The notes under the pieces: generated by a model
The model's input: the letters and a program-made list of their open reading frames with translations, nothing else
The model's database searches: none
What the model was told of the DNA's origin: nothing
Origin: an uncultured Planctomycetales bacterium
GTDB lineage: Bacteria > Planctomycetota > Phycisphaerae > UBA1845 > PWPN01
Length of the DNA: 42,520 nt
Assembly: GCA_964617025.1 (NCBI GenBank)
Contig: CAZTVU010000015.1
Coordinates: forward strand, 1 to 42,520
Reading direction: 5' to 3'
Position numbers and translations under genes: made by a program
Part shown: in pieces, positions 8,381 to 16,636 of the stretch
Layout: every line of letters starts with the position of its first letter
How positions within the stretch are numbered: the stretch's first letter is position 1

Positions 8381-9607
8381 TCAGACGATCTCCCGCATCA
8401 GGACCTTTCGCCGCTCGTACACCGACTTGCGCACGAGCAGCCCGACCAGCGTCGCCAGCCGCCCGTTGACCACGCCGCTGACCACCGGCTTGCCCGTCCG
8501 CATCGAATCGAAGAACGCATCCATCGACGCCTCGGTCATGTACGGCTCGCCGCCCGGCGACGCGAGCGCCTCCGGCTTCTTCTTGTCGTCGCGCCAGTAG
8601 ACCTTGCCCTCGTCGAGGCAGATCCCGCCCTTGGGCCCCGAGACCCGCTCGTAAATCCCGAAGAAACGCCCCTCGTCGTTCTTCGGGCAGATCCAACTGT
8701 GCTCGAAGCTGACATAGAAGCCGTCCGGGTATTCGATCTGCGCGAGGTAATAGTCGGTCACGTCACGCTGCGGATCGATGTCGGTGAACAGCCCGCCCGT
8801 CCCGATCCCCGTGCACGAGAGCGGCAGCCGGCCGGCGACCCAGTTCAGCACGTCCCACGTATGGCACGCCTGTTCGAGCATCCAGTCGCCGCTCTGCTTC
8901 CGCCGGCCGAACCAGATCGCGGTGCCCTGGTCGGGCAGGCCCAGCGGCCCCCACGAGTTGTTCCACGCGGCCCGGCCGTGCGTCGGCCTGCCGATCACGC
9001 CGTCGTGGATCAGCTTGATCCCCTCGTGGTAGCGCGCGGCAGCCCTCCGCTGAAAGCCGATCTGCGCGACGACCCGCGGGTTGAGCTCCTGCGCCTTGAC
9101 GAGCGCGTCGGCCTCGTACGCCTCGATGCACATCGGCTTCTCGCCGTAGAAGTGCTTGCCCGCGGCGAAGCAGGCGAGGTACATCTCCGCGTGCAGGTTG
9201 GGCGGCACGGCGATGATGCAGGCGTCGATGTCCTCGCGGGCCAGCACCTTCTTGTAGCCCTCGGGGCCGTCGTACGCCTCGGGCGTCTGGCCGATCGCCT
9301 CCTTGACCTGGTCGAGGCATTTCTTCCGGTTCGGCTCGTTCGGGTCGGCGATCGCCTTGACCTGAACGTTCTTCTGCTTGAGGGCCGGTTTGAGGATCTC
9401 GCGGCCCCGCCCGCCGGTGCCGATCAGGCCGAGCCGGATCGGGCTGTCGGGCCCGATCGGTTTCGGCGTCGGCCCGGCCTGGACGGCCGGGATCGCAAGC
9501 GACCCGGTCATCGAGCATCCCGCCGTTGCCGCCAGCCCCGCGAGGCCGGCGATCCGTGCCGAGGTCGTCAGGAAGTCCCGTCGAGTGGTGGAAACGGTGT
9601 CTGCCAC
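8381..9607 (-). CDS. twin-arginine-exported Gfo/Idh/MocA family oxidoreductase (GH109-like architecture)
   Basis: GTG start with AAGGAG 7 nt upstream. TAT motif TTRRDFLTTSARIAGLAGLAA. Rossmann fingerprint LGLIGTGGRGREIL. EKP motif FYGEKPMC. Confidence 0.85.
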   Translation of the reverse strand: MADTVSTTRRDFLTTSARIAGLAGLAATAGCSMTGSLAIPAVQAGPTPKPIGPDSPIRLGLIGTGGRGREILKPALKQKNVQVKAIADPNEPNRKKCLDQVKEAIGQTPEAYDGPEGYKKVLAREDIDACIIAVPPNLHAEMYLACFAAGKHFYGEKPMCIEAYEADALVKAQELNPRVVAQIGFQRRAAARYHEGIKLIHDGVIGRPTHGRAAWNNSWGPLGLPDQGTAIWFGRRKQSGDWMLEQACHTWDVLNWVAGRLPLSCTGIGTGGLFTDIDPQRDVTDYYLAQIEYPDGFYVSFEHSWICPKNDEGRFFGIYERVSGPKGGICLDEGKVYWRDDKKKPEALASPGGEPYMTEASMDAFFDSMRTGKPVVSGVVNGRLATLVGLLVRKSVYERRKVLMREIV

Positions 9608-9825
9608 GGTATGGCTCCTTGTCTTGCCGGATGCGGTTGACCCGGGCGAGGCGCGGCGCTCCGCGCAAACCGCCGCACTCGCCGCACGACCGGCGGCATT
9701 GTAGCGGCCGGATGCCGCGCGCTTCCAGCCGAGGGATTACGTGCGAAACGGCGAACGACGACCGCCCGGGCAAAGCCGCAGGGGCTTCGCAACGCACCGG
9801 GTGCGAGGCGCAATCGCGTCGTCGG

Positions 9826-11076
9826 CTATTCGCCGGGCTGCGACGCGGGTGCGTCGTCGAGTTCGAGCGGATCGTAGCCCTCGATCTCGAAGTTCGTCTC
9901 CCGCCAGAGGTTGGTCTCGGCGTCGAAGTAAGGCTCGGTGGCGGCCTTCTTGATGGCTGTCGCATCCGTCTGCGAGGCGTCGAACGTGATCCTCGCCTCG
10001 CCGCCGTCCGGCCCGGGCCACGCCTCGATCTTCAGGTAGCCGGGGATTGCGAACGCGTCGTCCCGTTCCAGGTAGTAGGCGAAGCGGTTCGCGCTGCCGC
10101 GGCAGTTCAATCCGATGACCTTGAGCTCCACCGTTCCCGTCCGGGCCGGCGGCGTCCCGCGCGTCCGTATGAACGAGGGCAAAGCAAAGGCGTAGCTGGC
10201 CGCGACCGCCGCGCCAACGCACGCCAGCGTGACGCTGACCAGCAGCGCCTGCGGCCAGCGCCGGCCCGGCGGCCCCGGCGGGCCCCAGCGAACGGATCCG
10301 CCCGTGCTCGGCGGGCATGCCTCGACGCACTCCATGCACGACAGGCAACGCGCCTCCGTCACCTGGCGGACCTTGTCCACGGGGATCGCCATCGGGCAGA
10401 CGCGCGCACACTTGCCGCACTCGATGCAGGTGACCTCGTCACGCTTGATCCGGGCGAGCCCGACGCGTGAGAACGGGTTCAACACCGCCGCCAGCGGGCA
10501 CAGCCACCGACAGAACGGAACGGTCACGAAGAGCGAGCCGACGACGACACCGCCGGCAACGACGTAGGCCCAGTAAGTAATGTCCTCGCCGTGGCGGCTG
10601 AGCAGGGCGTAGCACGGATCGAAGCCCCGGAAGAGCAGCTCCGCCGCCCGGTACGTGATGATGAGGATGACCGCCAGCACCGGGTACTTGAGCAGCGACA
10701 GGGCGCGGTCGACGTTTTCGGGCACCCGCGCCGGCTTGAGCCCCACCCGCGCCGCCCCGCGGCCCAGCCACTCGGAGATCGTGCCGATCGGGCAGAGGTA
10801 GCCGCAGAAGACCCGCCGGAACAGCAGCGTCATCACGAGCACGGCCGCGAGGATGTAGAAGTTCGTGATGCCGAGCGAGCAGAGGAGGTTGCCTTCGTGA
10901 AGGTAGGTGTACGCCGCTTCGACGCCGCCGAACGGGCACCAGCGCTCCGCATTCCCCTGCACGATGAAGACGCCGACCAGGGTAATGGCGAGAAACGCAA
11001 ACTGTACGAGCCGTCTCGTCTTGCGCACGAAACCTCGGTTTCCGGGGTGGGTCGGGGTTGTCCGCTGTCGATCCAT
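9826..11076 (-). CDS. membrane polyferredoxin, NapH/MauN-like 4Fe-4S binding protein with extra C-terminal soluble domain
   Basis: CPFGG, CGYLCPIG and CRWLCPL membrane Cys motifs, plus two ferredoxin motifs CIECGKCARVCP and CLSCMECVEACP. The C-terminal ~120 aa (VELKVIGLNCRGSANRFAYYL...) are of unclear function. Confidence 0.8.
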   Translation of the reverse strand: MDRQRTTPTHPGNRGFVRKTRRLVQFAFLAITLVGVFIVQGNAERWCPFGGVEAAYTYLHEGNLLCSLGITNFYILAAVLVMTLLFRRVFCGYLCPIGTISEWLGRGAARVGLKPARVPENVDRALSLLKYPVLAVILIITYRAAELLFRGFDPCYALLSRHGEDITYWAYVVAGGVVVGSLFVTVPFCRWLCPLAAVLNPFSRVGLARIKRDEVTCIECGKCARVCPMAIPVDKVRQVTEARCLSCMECVEACPPSTGGSVRWGPPGPPGRRWPQALLVSVTLACVGAAVAASYAFALPSFIRTRGTPPARTGTVELKVIGLNCRGSANRFAYYLERDDAFAIPGYLKIEAWPGPDGGEARITFDASQTDATAIKKAATEPYFDAETNLWRETNFEIEGYDPLELDDAPASQPGE

Positions 11077-11098
11077 CCGTGCGGCACGTGCCGCACGA

Positions 11099-11986
11099 TC
11101 ACTTCGTCTCGGTGGCGCAGCTCGATCCGCCCTTCGCGCTGCTGCAGCCGCCGCGGCTCGGGCAATTGCCGCAGCTCGATCCGCCGCTGCACTTCGACTC
11201 CTTGACCTTCGACTCGGTCTTCAGGGCCTTCTCGAAGCCGGCGCTGCCCACCAGGGAGGCCAGATCCTTGTCCGTCTTCGCGTGGGCCTTGACGGCGTCG
11301 AGCCGACTGGGCGGCGTCAACTCAAACGCGCGGGTCAGCAGGGCGTTGGCCTCGTCCGACTCGCCGACGAGGGCCTTCACGCACGCCATGTCGTAATAAA
11401 GCCCGCTGTCCGAGTCGGCGGCGAGCTTGCACTTGGCCACGGCCGCCTTCGCCTCGTCGATCTTCTTCTGCCGCGCCAGCGCGATTCCCAGCAGGATCCG
11501 CGCCTCGGCGGTCATCGACTTCTCATCGAGCCCGCCGATGACCTTGGCGGCGTCCTCATTGAGCCCCATCGCCAGTTGCGTCCCGGCGAGGGCGGCGGCG
11601 GACTCGCCGTTCTTGAGCTTCTCGTGGACCTTCTTGTCGAGGGCCAGCGCTTCGGAGTAAACCTTGTTCTGGTGATAGTAGGACCGAAGCGCGCGTGCCA
11701 TCGCCTGCCACTTCTGCTCGTTCTTCTCCTTGTCGATCGATTCCCGCATCTGCATCACCTGGCGCAGCATGGAGTACTGCTGCCGGTACTCAAGCTTCTT
11801 CTCGGAATCGAGCTTGGCGGCGGCGGCGAAGGCCTTTTGTGCCCCTTCGAAGTCGGCCTTGGCCACGAGGGCCTTGCCCTCCGCGAACAGCTTGGCCGCG
11901 TCCTCGTTAACGCCGGCCAGCGCCTGCGGCGCCGACATCGCCACCAGACCGATCAAACTGCAAACCAAAACCCTGCGAAGTTTCAT
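11099..11986 (-). CDS. secreted TPR-like repeat protein with Cys-rich C-terminal tail
   Basis: Signal peptide MKLRRVLVCSLIGLVAMSAPQALA. The body is Ala/Lys/Glu-rich and helical, TPR-like. The tail is KCSGGSSCGNCPSRGGCSSAKGGSSCATETK. AAGGAG lies 6 nt upstream of the ATG. The gene ends 22 nt upstream of the polyferredoxin gene. Confidence 0.75.
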   Translation of the reverse strand: MKLRRVLVCSLIGLVAMSAPQALAGVNEDAAKLFAEGKALVAKADFEGAQKAFAAAAKLDSEKKLEYRQQYSMLRQVMQMRESIDKEKNEQKWQAMARALRSYYHQNKVYSEALALDKKVHEKLKNGESAAALAGTQLAMGLNEDAAKVIGGLDEKSMTAEARILLGIALARQKKIDEAKAAVAKCKLAADSDSGLYYDMACVKALVGESDEANALLTRAFELTPPSRLDAVKAHAKTDKDLASLVGSAGFEKALKTESKVKESKCSGGSSCGNCPSRGGCSSAKGGSSCATETK

Positions 11987-12039
11987 TGCTATCTCCTTGT
12001 TATATCAAGGTTTATGGCTCTATGCCGCCCCGAAGCCCG

Positions 12040-12063
12040 CCTGCGGGCACATCAGCCCGCAGG
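12040..12063 (-). promoter_or_regulatory. 5' UTR stem-loop of the TPR/polyferredoxin transcript (candidate)
   Basis: Perfect 9-bp stem CCTGCGGGC/GCCCGCAGG with a 6-nt loop. It begins a few nt downstream of the predicted TSS. It overlaps an alternative pairing, GCCCGC-CT-GCGGGC (plus-strand reading), at 12035-12048. Confidence 0.35.
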
Positions 12064-12074
12064 TCCGACGCCTG

Positions 12075-12103
12075 ATTATACCGCATTGCGGCGGCGAGAC
12101 CAA
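12075..12103 (-). promoter_or_regulatory. sigma70-like promoter candidate for the TPR/polyferredoxin operon (TTGGTC-N17-TATAAT)
   Basis: On the minus strand, -35 TTGGTC at 12103-12098, a 17-nt spacer, and a perfect -10 TATAAT at 12080-12075. It shares the 11-mer TGCGGTATAAT with the cupin promoter at 29635-29645. Confidence 0.45.
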
Positions 12104-12801
12104 CCGCAATTCCGGCATTGACCCACTACCGGCGCGGCAGTGACGTCTATGCGCATGGCGCGGCGCGTTTCGGCGTTCGGAAGACCCCCCACCGTAGATG
12201 CAGCATAAAGCCGTGGGCGTGGCCGGAGCGCAATTCGATGACGCGCCGGCGGACCGAATCCCACGGGTACTTCCGCCACGTCTATTGGGGCGACGTGTAT
12301 GCGCAGACGGCTTTGCAGAACTGGATGCAGGCGAATGCGGGCCAGCGGTACCCGTGGGACCTCTTCGATGATATCCCCCGATTTCTTGTTCTCCCGGCAA
12401 GCTTTTCCGAAAACGATCCGGCTGCGCTCGGACGATTCCGGCGACCCGCTTCACGCCATCCGTCGTCCGTCGGCGCCGTGTGGACTGCGGTGGCAACGCC
12501 ACCGCTTTGCCTTGGACGGTTCACCGTACGCTGGCACGCAGCGGCCGGCCGAGGAAAAGCGGCGGCAAGGCCGCCGCAGTCGACAACGCGCGGGCCGCGC
12601 CGCGCAGGACGGGCGGGAGGACCGCCGCCCGAGCGAAGGTCGAGGCATAGTCTTCCAGCGCAACCGACGAGCAGGACGCGTATCCTCGGGTCGCGGCCAG
12701 AGGCTAGGGTGGGAGATAGCGAGACTCCCGCCCGACCCCGACCGGCGGCGAACGGACCACGGCAGGCCGGAGGCGGCGGGCGTTCGCAGCGATCGGTTCG
12801 C

Positions 12802-12830
12802 TTGACCTTCGGGCGGATGATTCATAGCCT
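12802..12830 (+). promoter_or_regulatory. promoter candidate for the GT-C gene (TTGACC-N17-TAGCCT), near-leaderless
   Basis: -35 TTGACC at 12802-12807, a 17-nt spacer, and -10 TAGCCT at 12825-12830. ATG 12839 is only 8 nt after the -10, and there is no SD. Confidence 0.3.
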
Positions 12831-12838
12831 GCCGCCTG

Positions 12839-14410
12839 ATGATGCCTGAGGCCCGGCAGACGCGTTCGTCCGACGTACGTTCGGGCGATCGGGCCGCGCG
12901 GCGGTGGCTGGTCGCGTGTGTCGGCGCAACGGCGATCATCGCACTCGCCTCGAACGGAGCCTACCACGACGACGATCTTGCGCACTACCTGTACGCCCGC
13001 TGGACGCGGCACGATGCGCGGTATCTGGCCGATGTGTGGGCGCGACCGGGTTTCACCCTGCCGTACGCCCTTCCGGCGCAAGCGGGCTGGCCGGCGTGCC
13101 GGCTCCTGTCGGTGGCCGTCTCCGGCCTGACGGCGTGGGCGGCATTCCGCTGCGCCCAACGGCTGGGGCTGCCGCGGGCGGCGTGGGCGATTCCGCTGCT
13201 CTACGCCCAGCCGCTCTTTCTCCACCTTTCGTTCACGACGCTGACCGAGACGCCGGCGGCGGCGTACCTGACCCTGGCAACATGGGCCCTGCTGGCCGGA
13301 CGGCCGAGGACGTCGTCGGCGGTCTTTTCGCTCGCAATGATCACTCGGCATGAAGCGATCGTCCTTCTGCCGGTGTGGGCGTGGGCCGTGTGGCGCGCGG
13401 AGCCCCGCGGCAGTTGCGCGGGCCGATGGTCGGCCGCCGCGCTGCTCGTCGGGGCGCCCCTCGCGCACAACGCGATCGCATGGCCTGTACTCGGCCAACT
13501 GCCCGGCGCGATCTTTGCGCAACCGGCCGGGGCGGAGCATTACGGTCGGGGCACGCCATTGACGTTTCTGATGCGATTCGTCGTGATGGCCGGGCCGGTA
13601 ATCGCGACGTTGTCGGTGGTCGGCGCGGCCGCGATGTGGCGGAACCGCCCGGGCCGACCCCTGATCGTCGGCACGGCCGTGTTCATCATCGCCGAGACGG
13701 GCCTGTATATGGGGCAGGCGTACTCAACCGGCGGCTTTGCGCGGTTTCTCGTGCCGCTGGCGCCGTGGGTGGCGATCCTTGCGCTGGCGGGGCTACGCGC
13801 AGTGGGACGTACCGCAAGGGCCGGCGGTGTCCCCGTCAACCGCCGGTGGTGGCCGGCCGTGGCGATTGCGTTCTGGCTGGCCGTCGAGGTTGAGCAGCAC
13901 GTCAACCCGATTCACGCTATCTCGCCCTATTTCTGGCTCTTTCGCACGGGCGCGGCAGCGATTGTGCTGGGCATCGGATTGACGCTTGGCTCGGGGTGGC
14001 CTCGGCGTCTCGGCTTCGCGCTCGTCGCCGCGGCCGCGCTGGGGCCGGTGGCGCGGGCGGCATGGCCGCATCGGCTGCGGACTCGGGAGCTATACATCGC
14101 CGAGGCCGTGGCCGAACTCCGCGCGCGCGGCCTCGGCAATCGTCCGTTCTACTCGACGAGCGACTGGGGTTACTACTTCGCGGACCGCTGGTACCCGCCG
14201 GGATGGCGACTGTCCGCCGAAGATCTGCGCAAAGCGCCGGCCGGCGCCGTCTTCCTGTGGGATGGCCGTTACGGGCCGTCTCCGGTCTTCGGGTGGTCCC
14301 TCGAGTCGCTCCGGGCGGACGCGACGTGGCGCGAGGTCTGCCGCGTGCCCCGGGCCGGGCCCGAGGCGCCGTTCGCGTGCATCTTCGAGCGAGTGCCGGA
14401 GCGACGATGA
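12839..14410 (+). CDS. polytopic membrane protein, GT-C-fold glycosyltransferase-like (PMT/ArnT-like)
   Basis: 523 aa with many hydrophobic helices. The first loop carries an acidic motif (YHDDDLAHYLYARW), as in GT39/GT83-type enzymes. There is a soluble C-terminal domain. The functional call is by architecture only. Confidence 0.6.
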   Translation: MMPEARQTRSSDVRSGDRAARRWLVACVGATAIIALASNGAYHDDDLAHYLYARWTRHDARYLADVWARPGFTLPYALPAQAGWPACRLLSVAVSGLTAWAAFRCAQRLGLPRAAWAIPLLYAQPLFLHLSFTTLTETPAAAYLTLATWALLAGRPRTSSAVFSLAMITRHEAIVLLPVWAWAVWRAEPRGSCAGRWSAAALLVGAPLAHNAIAWPVLGQLPGAIFAQPAGAEHYGRGTPLTFLMRFVVMAGPVIATLSVVGAAAMWRNRPGRPLIVGTAVFIIAETGLYMGQAYSTGGFARFLVPLAPWVAILALAGLRAVGRTARAGGVPVNRRWWPAVAIAFWLAVEVEQHVNPIHAISPYFWLFRTGAAAIVLGIGLTLGSGWPRRLGFALVAAAALGPVARAAWPHRLRTRELYIAEAVAELRARGLGNRPFYSTSDWGYYFADRWYPPGWRLSAEDLRKAPAGAVFLWDGRYGPSPVFGWSLESLRADATWREVCRVPRAGPEAPFACIFERVPERR

Positions 14411-14728
14411 CCTGTCCAGGCTTCGCGTTCGGTGCAGCAATGACACGCTCAGTGCGCGCCCTGGAAATATGGTTCGGAATTCAGGTGCCACGAGCCCCTT
14501 TGCCTGTCCGAACGAACGGGACGGGTTCGGGGGGCGCGCAGGGGGGGTCGGGCGCTTTCCGGCACGAGACCTTGCGTGTCGGCGGTCGCGGCGGAAGCGA
14601 ACCAGTCCCGTTCGCCCGACGCTGCTTCCGGAGCGCGGTATCGGGGTTCACAGACCGCATATCGCAACATCCGGCAGGGCAGACGGCTTTTCATAGGGTC
14701 ACGGTTGCCCGACAACGCCCCGCCCTTT

Positions 14729-15532
14729 TCACCCCGGCGGCAGCGGGGCACGATACGGACGGGTGTAGCGCTCGGGCGTCGGGGCGGAGGCCAGCTCGAT
14801 GACCAGCGGGGCAAGACGAACAGCCATGGCATCGAGAATCCGATGGCCGAGCGATGCGCTGGCCCGGGTCGGATCGCCCTCGGTTCCGTCGGGCAGATCC
14901 TCCACGGTCGGGATCGGATACACGCCCTTCTGGAGGAGGCTGGGGTACGGAAAGCCGTCGCCCCACAGGTTTGCCGGACCGCGACGGGCCCGGGACATGT
15001 CAACGAGGTCGGGCCGAATCGCGAGCATCATGCTGGTCTCGGCGACGCCGCCGTGGTTGAGCGGTTCGCCGCACAGATCCTTGATGGCATCCCATGCCAT
15101 CTCGTAGGGCTGCACATCGACATACATGGCGTGTCGGCCGCGGCCGAGGGCCTCCCAGGAAGCCGAACGCGCGCACGGAAGCCCATAGTGGCCGTGCAGG
15201 AAAACGATCTTCCGGAAGCCGATGTCCGTCAGGGCGACAAGCAGGTCGAGCAGCTTCCGCTCGGTGCTGAACGCCGACAACCCTGCGGAGGCGAGCGGTC
15301 CGGCCCACTGCACGACCGTGTACTCCACCGTCGGGCAGAGACAGATCGGCAACGCGGGGTCGCACCGTTCGAGCGTCCGGCGGACGATCTCGTTGATCTG
15401 GTAGGTGTCTGTGCCGCAGGGCAGGTGCGGCCCGTGCTGCTCGAGCGACCCCAGCGGGATCAGGGCGACGCCGTCGGCCTCCGCGGCTCGACGCACCGCC
15501 GTCCAGATCGCATCTCGAAAAACGACGGCCAT
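14729..15532 (-). CDS. creatininase-family amidohydrolase
   Basis: IPLGSLEQHGPHLPCGTDT signature plus the later HGGVAETS block. Last gene of a four-gene minus-strand operon. Confidence 0.85.
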   Translation of the reverse strand: MAVVFRDAIWTAVRRAAEADGVALIPLGSLEQHGPHLPCGTDTYQINEIVRRTLERCDPALPICLCPTVEYTVVQWAGPLASAGLSAFSTERKLLDLLVALTDIGFRKIVFLHGHYGLPCARSASWEALGRGRHAMYVDVQPYEMAWDAIKDLCGEPLNHGGVAETSMMLAIRPDLVDMSRARRGPANLWGDGFPYPSLLQKGVYPIPTVEDLPDGTEGDPTRASASLGHRILDAMAVRLAPLVIELASAPTPERYTRPYRAPLPPG

Positions 15533-15547
15533 GGGACTTCCCCCGTC

Positions 15548-16636
15548 CTACGCCAGACAGCCGGATGCCTCGATCGGCCAGATCTCCACGACCCGGCGGT
15601 CCTCGTGAACACAGAAGCGCCGGTAGAGGTTGCACGTCGTGCACGCGTGGCTCGGGACCAGCTCCACAAGCTGCCCGATTCGCCAATCGGGGGCGTCATG
15701 CACGATGCAGTGCTCCTCCGACAAGAACCGCGGGATCTTCGCCGTGGGGCAGCCGTGGACCTCAGGCGGCCCGAACTCGTGCCCGACGCCCTTGACGCCG
15801 ACATCAAGGACCGCGACCCCCGGCCGGGGCCGGCTGATCACACGGGTCAGGACGGTGAGCGCCTGCTCAAACTCGGGACTGATCCGGCGGTAGAAACAAT
15901 CCATCGTCGCGTACGTCCCGGCCTGGATCTCGTCCACGCCCTCCAGCGAGCCCGTGGTCGCGTACGTCGCCGTCGACCCGCCGCTGATGACGGCGACGGG
16001 GATGCCGGCCCGCTCGATCAACCGCCGCGTGTCGATGGCGTCCTGCATGGCGGCGCGGGTGCGGCGGGCGCGCTCCTGGGGATCGGGCAGGCCGACGAGG
16101 TGGCCCTCGTACGCTTGAATGCCGTCCAGGCGAACGCCCGACAGCCGCACGATCTCGCGGGCCAGGGCCAGGGCCGGCTCGCCCGGCGGCACGCCGCAAC
16201 GGCCCATGCCGATGTCCACCTCGATGAGCAGGCCGACCGACGCGTTCGCCCCGCTCATCGCGTGCGAGATGTCGCGAACCTGTTCGATATCGTCCACCGC
16301 GACGCGAACCTTCGCCCGTTTCGCCAGATCGACGAGCCGCCGCAGCTTCGGCCCGCCCACCACCTGATTGGCGATGAGGACGTCGTCGAAGCCGGCGTCG
16401 GCGAGGACCTCCGCCTCGCCGAGTTTGGCGCAGGTCATGCCGACGGCGGAGCCGGCGGCGATCTGCCGGCGGGCGATCTCGGTGCACTTGTGGTTCTTGA
16501 AATGCGGACGCAGCCGGCAGCGTCGATCGCGAAAGTGCTCCGCGAGCCGCCGGAGGTTGCGCTCCAGCGCACCGCGATCGAGCAGCAGGGCGGGGGTATC
16601 CAGCTCCGTCAACGCGGATCCGATCATCCCCGGCAT
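15548..16636 (-). CDS. DSD1-family PLP enzyme (D-threonine aldolase / D-serine dehydratase-like, alanine-racemase-fold)
   Basis: PLP-lysine block RPHFKNHKC, an alanine-racemase N-domain pattern, and a C-terminal HACTTCNLY region. The start is ATG 16636 or ATG 16627; the latter forms an ATGA overlap with the ltaE stop. Confidence 0.85.
   Translation of the reverse strand: MPGMIGSALTELDTPALLLDRGALERNLRRLAEHFRDRRCRLRPHFKNHKCTEIARRQIAAGSAVGMTCAKLGEAEVLADAGFDDVLIANQVVGGPKLRRLVDLAKRAKVRVAVDDIEQVRDISHAMSGANASVGLLIEVDIGMGRCGVPPGEPALALAREIVRLSGVRLDGIQAYEGHLVGLPDPQERARRTRAAMQDAIDTRRLIERAGIPVAVISGGSTATYATTGSLEGVDEIQAGTYATMDCFYRRISPEFEQALTVLTRVISRPRPGVAVLDVGVKGVGHEFGPPEVHGCPTAKIPRFLSEEHCIVHDAPDWRIGQLVELVPSHACTTCNLYRRFCVHEDRRVVEIWPIEASGCLA

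Noticed and set aside
8340-8696. N-terminal extensions of listed ORFs: the GH42-like ORF to 8696, the ltaE ORF to 18354, the oxidoreductase ORF to 40965, the ndk ORF from 30398, the fba ORF from 32544, the DUF5009 ORF from 34786, and the uvrC ORF to 20270.
   Set aside because: The extensions overlap neighbouring well-supported genes or promoter regions, and are Arg/Gly/Pro-rich. Internal starts with SD or -10 signals and proper N-terminal motifs (signal peptides, TAT motifs, GIY-YIG spacing) are available.
12020-12939. ORFs in the large gap: 12020-12502 (-), 12282-12524 (-), 12451-12939 (-), 12299-12805 (+), and 12118-12849 (+) as an intact gene. I also considered tmRNA, RNase P and SRP RNA candidates.
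   Set aside because: The minus-strand ORFs are Arg/Ser/Gly-rich with no motifs. The plus-strand frames look coding only in segments. I found no GAGGAAAGTCC-type RNase P core, no tRNA-like 3' end with a tag ORF for tmRNA, and no SRP domain IV motif. I reported it as an unresolved region rather than a feature.
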